In this document: positions 1-8,853 of the stretch, one piece after another
Position numbering within the stretch: the stretch's first letter is position 1
Layout of the letters: every line of letters starts with the position of its first letter
Assembly: GCA_963812015.1 (NCBI GenBank)
Contig: CAWETI010000003.1
Location: 992,001-1,056,000 of the forward strand
DNA from: an uncultured delta proteobacterium
GTDB taxonomy: Bacteria; Desulfobacterota; Desulfobaccia; Desulfobaccales; 0-14-0-80-60-11
Direction of reading: 5' to 3'
Length of the DNA: 64,000 nt
The notes under the pieces: generated by a model
The model's input: the letters and a program-made list of their open reading frames with translations, nothing else
The model's database searches: none
What the model was told of the DNA's origin: nothing
Made by a program: the position numbers and the translations under genes

Positions 1-244
1 TTAAAGATCGAGGATACCCTGGAGGTGAATCAGCCTCTGGGTCCGGGACCCGGCTCCACGACCATGACCTTTTGAATCGCGGGGAAAGGGCCGGAATTCA
101 GGTCCCGGCCCTGCTGCTCAATTTCCCGGGGCCAGGGGGGGCCGAGGGCGGCGGCGCCGCCTCCGGCCCCATTCCTTGAAGGGGCCCTAAACCCGGCAGC
201 CGTGAGAGCTCCCGCAATCAGCCGGGGCCAGACCAGGAGGCAAC

Positions 245-670
245 GTGACCCCAACCCCAGAGATTCAGGCGAGTGCGGCGGAGATTACCGAGATCCTGCA
301 AGATTACCGGGTGGTGGCGGTGGTGGGGCTTTCCACTGATCCCGACCGGCCCAGCTACCGGGTGGCCAAATACCTCCAGGAGCATGGCTACCGCATAGTT
401 CCGGTCAATCCCGGCTGCCAGGAAATTTTGGGGGAAAAGTGCTACCCCAGTCTCAAGGACATCCCCTTCCCGGTGGAGATCGTGGACATCTTCCGCGTCG
501 TTGATGCCATCCCCGGGGTCGTGGCTGACGCCATCGCTGTGGGGGCCAAGGTAGTGTGGATGCAGCAGGGGCTGGCAGAGCCCGACTCGGCCCGGAAAGC
601 CGGAAAGGCCGGCCTCCGGGTGGTTATGGACCGTTGTCTGAAGATCGAGCATGACCAACGCCGTCTTTAA
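245..670 (+). CDS. CoA-binding domain protein (YccU-like)
   Basis: VAVVGLS...RPSYRVAKYL...PVNP...VDIFR...VWMQQG...VVMDRC motifs of the CoA_binding_2 family. Confidence 0.9.
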   Translation: MTPTPEIQASAAEITEILQDYRVVAVVGLSTDPDRPSYRVAKYLQEHGYRIVPVNPGCQEILGEKCYPSLKDIPFPVEIVDIFRVVDAIPGVVADAIAVGAKVVWMQQGLAEPDSARKAGKAGLRVVMDRCLKIEHDQRRL

Positions 671-811
671 GCAAGGAAAAAACCGGGTGGGGCGCCCACC
701 TGTGAGCCGGTAAGGAGTTGCACCGCAGATCGAGCATGACCAACGCCGTCTTTAAGCAAGGAAAAAACCGGGTGGGGCGCCCACCTGTGAGCCGGTAAGG
801 AGTTGCACCGC
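642..811. repeat. Exact 85-bp tandem duplication (642-726 = 727-811)
   Basis: AGATCGAGCATGACC...AAGGAGTTGCACCGC occurs twice back to back. Confidence 0.95.
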
Positions 812-1174
812 ATGGAAATCACCCTGTTCAATAAAAACGGCAGGCCGGTGGCCTATATCGCCGATGACGGCGAGTCCATCTACCTGTGGGACGGCCGCCC
901 CGTGGCCTATATCGTCGACGACCAGGTCTATGACTGGAACGGCAGGCAAGTGGGCTGGTTTACCAACGGCACCGTGTTTGACATCTATGGCTTGAGGAGC
1001 GGTTTTATCAAGACTAAATCCCCCATCGCCACGGAGGTGGAACCGATCAAACCCCATAAACACCTCAAACCGGTCAAAGGCAAAAAGCAGTCCCAGGTGA
1101 TCAAGCCGATTTTATGCTATGGCTACTCCACTAAGAATTTAGAGGACATCCTGGACCTGGCGGGCAAACATTGA
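812..1174 (+). CDS. Hypothetical protein with repeated GRPVAYI motifs (4-fold beta-flower-like)
   Basis: ORF; AAGGAG RBS before ATG 812; internal repeats G-R-P-V-A-Y-I / G-R-Q-V-G-W. Confidence 0.75.
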   Translation: MEITLFNKNGRPVAYIADDGESIYLWDGRPVAYIVDDQVYDWNGRQVGWFTNGTVFDIYGLRSGFIKTKSPIATEVEPIKPHKHLKPVKGKKQSQVIKPILCYGYSTKNLEDILDLAGKH

Positions 1175-1471
1175 GCGCCTCCCAGCCCCGGTGACCCCGC
1201 CGGGCCGGCCGGGGCCCGGAGGCGGCGCGCCTAACCGCCCCAAGGGCAGGCGACCCCATCCCGGCACGATCCGCCTCAACTTATCCCCCCGCTCGGAGGC
1301 ACGCGGTGCTTCTGATCGCCGCGTCAGTTTTCGCTGTCTGAAGAAACCCCGGTTATCTCTCGCCTCGGGAGGATGAGGCGCCAGGGCCGAGGTTTGTCTC
1401 CGGGAGAAAAATTATTGAAAATCCCGGCTGCATGCCTTATGGTGAACTCGGCTGCAGGAGAACTCGGTCCA

Positions 1472-2164
1472 ATGACAGGCATTGAGAAGCGATATGAACG
1501 GCATGGGCCCATCAAACCCTGCGTCATAAACCGCCAGGACATTCTTAGTTTAGGACAGATAATCCAGGAAACCTTCAGTAAACCGGAAATCGAGCGTTAT
1601 TTCCGCATATCCACGACCCTCAATCACACCCGGGTTTTTTCCAACTCCATTGACCATCTCTTGAGCCTGGAAGGATTGGGTGACCGGGTGGCCGACCTGT
1701 CGTTTTGGATTGAGGGATGGGACCAGAAGACCCGCTTCGATAAAAATATTTTACTCGATTTCAGCAAGTATTCCATTCAACTCAGTGTGGAAGGCACGGA
1801 CCCGGTTTGGGTATACGACAAGTATAACCGCATCAGCAAATATCTGAGCAGCAAGACCGCCTGGTATTGGCCCATTATTCTGATGGAAAAAGTCCTTATA
1901 TTTTTCATTACCATTGCACTGATTATCAATATTATAGTTGGCGTCAAAAAAGATGCGCTATTCTATCATTTAGATAAGCTTGGGTTGTTGGCGGCCTGGA
2001 TGTTTTTAGTCTTTTATGACACCAGAAAAATCTGGCCTTACGCCAATATCCGGCTGAGGGAGGCGAGCTTCCCTTTATCCAGGGAAAATGTCTTCATGGT
2101 TCTCATGATCCTCGTGGTTATCTTGGCCATATTCGGAGGGACTATCCTGCCCTTACTGCACTAA
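1472..2164 (+). CDS. Hypothetical membrane protein (C-terminal TM helices)
   Basis: Long ORF (1373-2164); likely ATG 1472 after GGAG; three hydrophobic C-terminal segments. Confidence 0.7.
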   Translation: MTGIEKRYERHGPIKPCVINRQDILSLGQIIQETFSKPEIERYFRISTTLNHTRVFSNSIDHLLSLEGLGDRVADLSFWIEGWDQKTRFDKNILLDFSKYSIQLSVEGTDPVWVYDKYNRISKYLSSKTAWYWPIILMEKVLIFFITIALIINIIVGVKKDALFYHLDKLGLLAAWMFLVFYDTRKIWPYANIRLREASFPLSRENVFMVLMILVVILAIFGGTILPLLH

Positions 2165-2248
2165 AACCCTCCATGGTCTGCCCGCCGGGTTTCGGGGGCT
2201 TGGCCGGAATTCCGGGAAAGACGCAAGGATGCTCTACAGGGGAAGCAG

Positions 2249-2458
2249 ATGTTGGCCAGGGTGAAAAGCGGAGCCTTGTTGGGGGTGGACGCCTACATTG
2301 TGGAGGTGGAGGTGGACCTGGCCCCGGGTCTGCCGGCCTTTACCACCGTGGGGCTGCCCGAGACCGCGGTGAAGGAGAGCAAGGACCGGGTCAGGGCCGC
2401 GGTGAAGAACTCCGGCTATAAGTTCCCCGGCAACCGCGTCACTATCAACCTAATTTAA
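2249..2458 (+). pseudogene. comM: 5' fragment of comM/yifB (Mg-chelatase-like AAA+ ATPase), interrupted after ~codon 68
   Basis: [57 protein letters not shown], then an abrupt stop and AT-rich sequence instead of the expected APAD. Confidence 0.93.
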
Positions 2459-2683
2459 TTAACTACCATTTATTATTGGGGAAACCCCAGTTTAGGCAGA
2501 CGCCTGAGCGGGGGTTTATCTTTAGTGGAAGACCTCAAGGCCAAGAAGGATTCCGGGTTAAAATTATATAGGGACAGAAAACTTGGCCTCTCTAACCCCC
2601 GGCTGATCCCCGGAGGGACAGAGTGGAAATCTCCGCCACTTTGGGGGGCCAATCATTTTGGAGAGCCGTAGGGAGAGGCGGTG

Positions 2684-3370
2684 ATGGCAAGGAAAACGAA
2701 ACCGGCGATACCCAAAATTGGTCAGCAGCTTTCATACTGGCAGGGCTATGCCATATTCGATGCAGCAAAGGCCACACGCCTCATAGATTTCACTTCCAAC
2801 ATTCCTCACGAAATTTCTGTCAGCATCGACTACCTGGCGGGCGCCATCCGGAAGTTCCCCGGAGAGTCTTTGGGAAATCCGACGATATGGGGGCTGGTGG
2901 CCTTCGTGAGGGAATCAGAGCTGAACGGCAGTTTGCCCCGGGGCACGTTTGACAAAATCCTTAAAGCCACGCGGATCGAATACCGCGGCTTCCACAAGAG
3001 ATCCAAACCTGAGGATCTCCAGAGAATCGTCTTTGGCAACCTCATGTTCTTTTTGAAGATATTAAACAGGGACAGGTCAACAACGATAGATAGCGCCATT
3101 ACCAAATACATCAATGAGGCTGAAACAACGACCGGAAAGGGATACGCTACTAACAAGGAAGGGGAAGAAAATTATAAGAGAATCTTCACCGCATACAATA
3201 AGGTGTATAAGAACTTAACCGCTGCCTTGAGCCAGAAGGAGGCTATCCATTTTTTGGAACATGCCGGCAAGATGATAGGCCAGCCAATAGACTACTCAAT
3301 TTGGAAACCGGAAAAGCGGCGGTTGTTGTATGCAAAGGGCATGGAAATGGTGTGCGAAATAGTCAGATAG
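2684..3370 (+). CDS. Hypothetical protein, first island gene
   Basis: ~228-aa ORF with GGGAG RBS; leader shared with the gene at 14324. Confidence 0.7.
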   Translation: MARKTKPAIPKIGQQLSYWQGYAIFDAAKATRLIDFTSNIPHEISVSIDYLAGAIRKFPGESLGNPTIWGLVAFVRESELNGSLPRGTFDKILKATRIEYRGFHKRSKPEDLQRIVFGNLMFFLKILNRDRSTTIDSAITKYINEAETTTGKGYATNKEGEENYKRIFTAYNKVYKNLTAALSQKEAIHFLEHAGKMIGQPIDYSIWKPEKRRLLYAKGMEMVCEIVR

Positions 3371-3471
3371 TTAAGAACACCGTCTTTTTGACTATTTTAT
3401 TTTAATTTAATTTTAATTTAATTATTAGGTAATTTCCACGATCGCCTTTATTTGTCTGTGGAGGAAATAAG

Positions 3472-3672
3472 ATGCCGACTCGCTTGAGACGAGAAAGAAC
3501 CCAAAGGGGCCTGACCCAAGCCGGGGTGGCGCATCTGACCACCCTGGCCGGGACGCCGATTAGCCAAGTGCGCCTCAGCATGCTGGAACGTGGCCTGAAC
3601 CCTAAGCCTGCGGAGGCCGAGGCCCTGGCCGAAATTTTCGGGGTGAGGCCCGATGAACTTTTTGAAAGATGA
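3472..3672 (+). CDS. XRE/Cro-like helix-turn-helix regulator
   Basis: LRRERTQRGLTQAGVA...SQVRLSMLERG..P....LAEIFGV..DELF; GGAGG RBS. Confidence 0.85.
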   Translation: MPTRLRRERTQRGLTQAGVAHLTTLAGTPISQVRLSMLERGLNPKPAEAEALAEIFGVRPDELFER

Positions 3673-3782
3673 CATGAATAAACGATTTCCCGGGCTGCCG
3701 TTTGAAGGGACGGTCCACCAGGGGGGAGTGCCTTCTCACTCCCCTCAGCCCGGGAATTTCCTGCCCGAGAAGGAGGGCAACC

Positions 3783-4412
3783 ATGTATTACTTTTCGACC
3801 ATTTATGATGATAACTATCAGGACTTGCAGGCTTGGCGCAGGGAGATCCTCGACATTGTTCGCAAATGGGATGGATGGGGAGATTTTCAAATTGCCGGAA
3901 GGGGCGTGCAGGCGATCCTGTGTGAGATCAAGTTCCTCTTCGATAATCTTGAGAAAGGGATTCCGGGCCAATGGCGGCAAAACTTCAAACCGGAACACCT
4001 CAAATTGTACGACTCCATATCAATCATCGGGGAAGAAGGAAAAAAGAACCCGAAGGCCTGGTTTCCAGGCTTCAAGGACACCATGGAGCGAGCAGCGAGG
4101 GAACTATCCCACGTCGAACTCCGGCTCTTCCTCCTGGCCTGCTGCGACGCGCACAACGGTCCCGAGAAGAACATCTCCGGGATGGGTCCGGGGGAGTTCT
4201 TCACCGGGAACAAGACCTTTGCAAAGAGGTCCGGCGCTGACAAGGCCTCCATATCGGAGGCGTGGAAGGTCCTTGATGGGCGGGGCTATGTGAAGAAAGT
4301 TAGAGGCCACAGGACCCGGACCCTTGTCCGGCGAGTTGAAATGCTCACATTGCAGGGAAGGGAAGCGGAATCGAAGGATGAATTGGAGAGCGGAGGGGAA
4401 GTCCAAGAATAG
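3783..4412 (+). CDS. Putative replication initiator-like protein with C-terminal winged HTH
   Basis: C-terminal pattern F(T)GNKTFAKRSGADKASISEAWKVLDGRGYVKK resembles phage replisome-organizer HTHs; followed by iterons. Confidence 0.55.
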   Translation: MYYFSTIYDDNYQDLQAWRREILDIVRKWDGWGDFQIAGRGVQAILCEIKFLFDNLEKGIPGQWRQNFKPEHLKLYDSISIIGEEGKKNPKAWFPGFKDTMERAARELSHVELRLFLLACCDAHNGPEKNISGMGPGEFFTGNKTFAKRSGADKASISEAWKVLDGRGYVKKVRGHRTRTLVRRVEMLTLQGREAESKDELESGGEVQE

Positions 4413-4494
4413 TGGAAACGCCTACGTTTAAGAATAGGCAAAATACCTATTTATAGGAATAGGGATAAAGCCTATTTGTAGGAATAGGCATTAT
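4401..4494. repeat. 25-bp-period iterons (putative element origin)
   Basis: 4420 GCCTACGTTTAAGAATAGGCAAAAT; 4445 ACCTATTTATAGGAATAGGGATAAA; 4470 GCCTATTTGTAGGAATAGGCATTAT; partial copy at ~4401. Confidence 0.75.
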
Positions 4495-4862
4495 CCCCCC
4501 CCTAATAAGAATAAGGAAATGATAATAATTGAACGACAATAACCGAAACATACAGTTCCTTAAGGAACTGTCTGGGCTTTCTGGCGAAAGCCCGTGTTGC
4601 TCCAAAAGATTTTTTGGAATATCAGGGAGCGTTTTTAAAAGAAAATCATCCCGAGATTCCCTATAGGGGCCTCTGGGGAAAGTGATGATTAATCATCCCC
4701 GAAATCAATCTCTGGGTCTTTGCGCGGGCGGTCCAAGACCCGCAAAGGAATTGATGATGTGAGACGTGGGAGACGGCCTGAAGCCCCCACCAGGCCACCC
4801 CATGCCCAGCCCCCCTGGTAAGGGTTTAATGATCACGATGCAATATGGGATAACAGATTAAT

Positions 4863-5351
4863 ATGAATAGGATTTCAAAGCAAAAATCAGACCAGGGTTT
4901 AAAGAGGGAACAAAGCCCATATTCGATATTCCCTAAGCCCTTGCGCAAGGTTAAGCACGGCCTCTACATGGCGCTGGAGCGCCACGAGATTGACGGGCGG
5001 ACAAGGCTTGCACAAATCCTCAGGCGGGCGACGGAGCTGCTGCTTGAGGGACACAAGGAGCCAGCACCCGGCCCGGCCCAGCTATTGGCCCAGCGGTGCG
5101 CCGTGAAGCTGATCCGCGCGGCATCCTACGAGGCGGCGCTGCTGGGGGGCAAGGTGGAACTGGGGGCCGGGACGGAGAAAGATTATCTGATGCTCTGCAA
5201 CAGCATTAGGGCGGACATTATGGCTTTGAGCACTCTGATGAAAGAAGGCCAGCCTTCTGACAGACCTCCCAGCCTTGAGGAATACCTGGCCGCCCTAAAA
5301 TCCGGCAAGATCGTGCCGGTGCAGGGCGAAGCCCAGGATGAGGGTAAATGA
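4863..5351 (+). CDS. Hypothetical phage-type protein (possible terminase small subunit-like)
   Basis: 162-aa helical ORF with KHGLY..IDGRT motif, upstream of the TerL-like gene; function inferred from position only. Confidence 0.45.
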   Translation: MNRISKQKSDQGLKREQSPYSIFPKPLRKVKHGLYMALERHEIDGRTRLAQILRRATELLLEGHKEPAPGPAQLLAQRCAVKLIRAASYEAALLGGKVELGAGTEKDYLMLCNSIRADIMALSTLMKEGQPSDRPPSLEEYLAALKSGKIVPVQGEAQDEGK

Positions 5352-5364
5352 GATGCAATCCTCT

Positions 5365-5985
5365 CTAAATGGACAATTTGTTCGCCAGGGCCTGCCGCTG
5401 CTCCGGGAGAATGTCTGCGTAGAGAGCGGTGTGGGCAATGTTTTCGTGACCAAGCTGTTTTTGCACGAATTTGAGGTTTCCCGTGTCCGCCAGCAAATGC
5501 GTGGCGAAGGTATGACGGGCATGGTGGATTGTGTGATGCAGGGGCAGCCCGGCCTTCTGCAAGGCCTTCTTAAAGCTGAAGTACAGGGCCATGGTGGTGA
5601 AGGGCTTTCCCTCCCCATGAGAGAAAAGGGAATCACTGGGGCTGACAGGCTGCTTCCAGGTCTTGGCCTTGATGTCGATGTACCGCTTCAAGGGTTTGAC
5701 CAGCGACCCGTTGAAAAAAACATCCCTGGGCTTGTCCCCTTTGCCGCGCCTAACACTGATATAGGTTTCTCGTCCTCCCAGGTGGATGTCCCCGATCTTG
5801 AGGGCGGCGATCTCGCCCACCCTGAGGCCGCTACGCAGGGCCAGGGCCACCAGCATATGCCGGGTGACCCAAGTCTGCCGCCCCTTGAGCAAGTCGAGGT
5901 CGGCCTGCTCCTCGCAGACCTTCAAGAGCCGCTTGACTTCATCGGTGGAAAGGAACTTGTCACGGGTGATTTTGTACTGTCCCAT
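5365..5985 (-). CDS. Tyrosine recombinase, catalytic domain only (206 aa)
   Basis: SGLRVGE (R), GKGDK (K), HHARHT (HxxR), LGH, TALYA (Y) all intact; no N-terminal core-binding domain. Confidence 0.93.
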   Translation of the reverse strand: MGQYKITRDKFLSTDEVKRLLKVCEEQADLDLLKGRQTWVTRHMLVALALRSGLRVGEIAALKIGDIHLGGRETYISVRRGKGDKPRDVFFNGSLVKPLKRYIDIKAKTWKQPVSPSDSLFSHGEGKPFTTMALYFSFKKALQKAGLPLHHTIHHARHTFATHLLADTGNLKFVQKQLGHENIAHTALYADILPEQRQALANKLSI

Positions 5986-6055
5986 GGTCTTGGCCCCCCA
6001 TTTATTTTAATGAAAATATATAATAAATTAAGGAAAAGATAAAGGAAAAGGACAG

Positions 6056-6090
6056 TATTTTTAGGAAAATATTATATTTTCCTAAAAATA
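6056..6090. promoter_or_regulatory. Perfect 35-bp palindrome upstream of the tyrosine recombinase (candidate recombination/operator site)
   Basis: TATTTTTAGGAAAATAT-T-ATATTTTCCTAAAAATA, 17-bp perfect arms. Confidence 0.7.
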
Positions 6091-6336
6091 AGGCAGGCCC
6101 AAAATGACAGAGCGCGAACTTGCCGCAGACCTGCTCAAGCTGCAAAAGGCTGCTCCGGAAATGTACCGGGCCATCATGCAGATGGTCAAGGCGGCGTTGA
6201 GGACAGTTGGCATAGTTAAGTAGTGCCCCTTAAAAACTTAATCTGACAAGGCGCGCCCACAAGGCCCCCCTTGAGGTAGGTATCAACCTATCCATCGGGG
6301 GCATTTTTAATTTGTGGAGAAAAAGGAGGGGACATC

Positions 6337-6879
6337 ATGGACAGCTTGCCGGGCAAGGCCAATGTGGGCGGCGTCGTGCTGATGATAGTCTCGGAAGGGA
6401 AGGCACCGGCGCATTACCAATGGAAAAGAATCCTGGAGAAGGACTGGGCCGGGCCGTTCACGATCGCCAAACTAACCCGCTACCGATACCACATGGGACT
6501 CGACCCTGCCTTCGTTTGCGAGCAACCTCAATTCAAAAAAGGTCAGCTCCATTGGTACGAATGGATCATCTGCGAGAACGGCGGGGTGATCCATCTTTAC
6601 GACGAGGCAGAGAAATCCTTCGCCTTGTTGACCACGACCCAGACGGCCGCGAAGGTTCAGGCCGGGGTGAGGGAAGCCAAGCAGGCCCTCGAGACGGATG
6701 AGCGCCTGGGAAAGGAAATCCGTTTCCCGGCTGCGGTCTTGGAGCAGGTCTGCGAACTGGCCGGGGCCAGGATAGCCAGGAGGGGGCGCCCCTTGAGCCC
6801 GGAGCAAATGGCCTCTTTCGCAGAGGGCAGGAAACGGGGTATGGAGGCCATGAAATCGGCCGGCGGACCCTGTCTTTAA
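6337..6879 (+). CDS. Hypothetical protein
   Basis: 180-aa ORF with AAGGAGG RBS. Confidence 0.7.
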   Translation: MDSLPGKANVGGVVLMIVSEGKAPAHYQWKRILEKDWAGPFTIAKLTRYRYHMGLDPAFVCEQPQFKKGQLHWYEWIICENGGVIHLYDEAEKSFALLTTTQTAAKVQAGVREAKQALETDERLGKEIRFPAAVLEQVCELAGARIARRGRPLSPEQMASFAEGRKRGMEAMKSAGGPCL

Positions 6880-6946
6880 ACCCCGTTTCGGGTCCGATTT
6901 CAAGCGATACGCCCCGACCCCATAAAAAGGCATTGCTGGGGAGACA

Positions 6947-8479
6947 ATGAATATAATTCAAGCCATTGGAGACAGAAATTTGATAGGGGCGGGGTTCCCA
7001 GACCTCGCACCCTGGCAGCCCTGGAGGACGGCTCTAAAGGCCGCCTACGGCCTCCCCCTGGCAGACATTGACCTCCCCCTCTATCAGAGATGCACGGGGC
7101 GGCAAGCGGCCCCACAAGGCCCTGCCGGGGAGGTCTACTTCATAGTGGGGAGGCGGGGCGGCAAGTCCCGGATCACGGCGGCTACGGCCTGCTTCAGTGC
7201 GGCCTTTGCCGATACGGCCGTCTTGGCCCCCGGCGAGATCGGCCTGGTGGCCGTGATCGCCAACGACCGGGAGCAGGCCGGCATAATCATTTCATATTGC
7301 CGGGAGATATTCCGCCTTTCCCCCATCCTGGCGGGCATGGTGGAGGCGGACCTGGCCCAGGAGATAAGGCTGAAGAACCGGGTGAGCATCAAGATTCTGA
7401 CATGCTCCACGGCGGCCGTTCGTGGATACACCCTGTTGGCAGTGATTCTGGAAGAAGCAAGTTTCTGGAGAGTGGAGGGCAGGGACCCCGGCAAGGAGAT
7501 CTTGCGGAGTCTGCGCCCCGGCCTTGCCACCACTGGTGGGCCATTGATCGCCATAAGCTCACCCTACGCCAAACAGGGTGTCATGTGGGAGGCATTCTCC
7601 CGCTACTACGGCAAGGACGGGCGGGTCCTGGTCTGGCAGGCGGCCACCCGGACCATGAACCCGACCCTGTCCGCGGAAGTGGTGCAGCAGGCACTGGCTG
7701 AGGACCACGCAAGCGCCAAGACCGAGTACCTGGCCCTGTTCCGGGACGACATTTCGGGGTTCCTGGACATCGAGACCCTGGAGCCCCTGGTCGTTCATGG
7801 TCGGCGAGAGCTGCCGCCAAAGGAAGGTTTGCGGTACTTCGGCTTCGCAGCCCCCTCCGGGGGCCGCCAGGATAGCTTCACCCTGGGCCTGGCGCACCGT
7901 GAAGCCGATGGCCAAATTGTTTTGGACGTGATCCGGCGGCGGGTCCCCCCCTTCAATCCGGGTGAGGTGGTGGCCGAATATGCCCAGGTGCTCAAGGAGT
8001 TCAAATGCTCTCAAGTGACGGGGGACAAGTACGCGGCCGAGTGGGTCGTCTCGGCATTCCGGGAGCACGGCATTGACTATCGGAGCTCGGTAAGGGACAG
8101 GTCGCAGATCTTCCTGGAGGCCCTGCCCCTGTTCACCAGGGGCCAGGTGGAGCTGCTGGACGACCAGGCTTTGCTCTCGGAATTGCTTGGCCTGGAGCGG
8201 CGGGTGCGGCCCATGGGCAAGGACATGATAACCCACGGCCCGGCCGGGCATGACGACGTGGCGAATTCCGCCTGCGGCGCTTTGGTTCTGGCGGGGGGCC
8301 AGGGCCAGGGGGACGGCCTGGGCCTTTTCTACTATTACAAGGAGCTGGCCGCCCGGCTCACCGAACGGGCCAGCAACCGGGGACCGGAGGTCCGATACCA
8401 TATCACCGGCTCGAAAGGTCTGGTAACCACCACCAAAAATTACGGCGGGGTGCCGCAAAGAGGTAAGGATGAACATTGA
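6947..8479 (+). CDS. Terminase large subunit-like ATPase-nuclease
   Basis: Walker A GRRGGKS, RGYT..VILEEASF (Walker B region), ISSP coupling motif, PSGG..DS and HDDVAN RNase-H-like motifs. Confidence 0.85.
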   Translation: MNIIQAIGDRNLIGAGFPDLAPWQPWRTALKAAYGLPLADIDLPLYQRCTGRQAAPQGPAGEVYFIVGRRGGKSRITAATACFSAAFADTAVLAPGEIGLVAVIANDREQAGIIISYCREIFRLSPILAGMVEADLAQEIRLKNRVSIKILTCSTAAVRGYTLLAVILEEASFWRVEGRDPGKEILRSLRPGLATTGGPLIAISSPYAKQGVMWEAFSRYYGKDGRVLVWQAATRTMNPTLSAEVVQQALAEDHASAKTEYLALFRDDISGFLDIETLEPLVVHGRRELPPKEGLRYFGFAAPSGGRQDSFTLGLAHREADGQIVLDVIRRRVPPFNPGEVVAEYAQVLKEFKCSQVTGDKYAAEWVVSAFREHGIDYRSSVRDRSQIFLEALPLFTRGQVELLDDQALLSELLGLERRVRPMGKDMITHGPAGHDDVANSACGALVLAGGQGQGDGLGLFYYYKELAARLTERASNRGPEVRYHITGSKGLVTTTKNYGGVPQRGKDEH

Positions 8480-8566
8480 AAATGCACAAAAAGAGCTGGT
8501 TCGCCGCCTTCAGATTTCTCCATCCCTGAGCCAAAGAGTTCCCCAGCCCTGTGAAACCTCTGTCGT

Positions 8567-8615
8567 TATGCAGATCATATCGCAACCTTTTGGGTTGTGC
8601 TGATAATGGCAAGTT
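8567..8615 (+). repeat. Island repeat family, partial copy (core + right arm)
   Basis: ATGCAGATCATATCGCAACC...GATAA aligns with 12901-12940. Confidence 0.6.
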
Positions 8616-8655
8616 CTAGAAACTTTTGTATCCGAAGTTTTCTCTTTGCTAAACC

Positions 8656-8719
8656 ATCTCTGGCTTGACTTGAACCCCAGACTAACTTAAAACTTGGTAC
8701 AACTACTGGGGGCAGGTCA
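8656..8719 (+). mobile_element. Orphan right end of an IS3-family element
   Basis: ATCTCTGGCTTGACTTGA..ACTTAAAACTTGGTACAACTA..GGGGGCAGGTCA is nearly identical to 27112-27175. Confidence 0.9.
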
Positions 8720-8853
8720 TGTGCTTGTTCATGGCTAGGTCGAGGTCGGGCACAATCCGGTGCAAACGGGCACTACTGGGCACTTTGGAACCTGGCAAAA
8801 CAGCTCACCGGAAAAACTTCACCAGCGTCCAGTAGACGCACTTTAAGATCGCT

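Noticed and set aside
2661..2680. GAGAGCCGTA as group II intron domain V
   Set aside because: Lacks the GNRA loop and complementary 3' strand; better explained as an RBS hairpin.
8561..8620. TGT-starting Tn7/Tn5053-like transposon end
   Set aside because: TGT is present in only one copy, and there is no matching opposite end or tns/tni genes.
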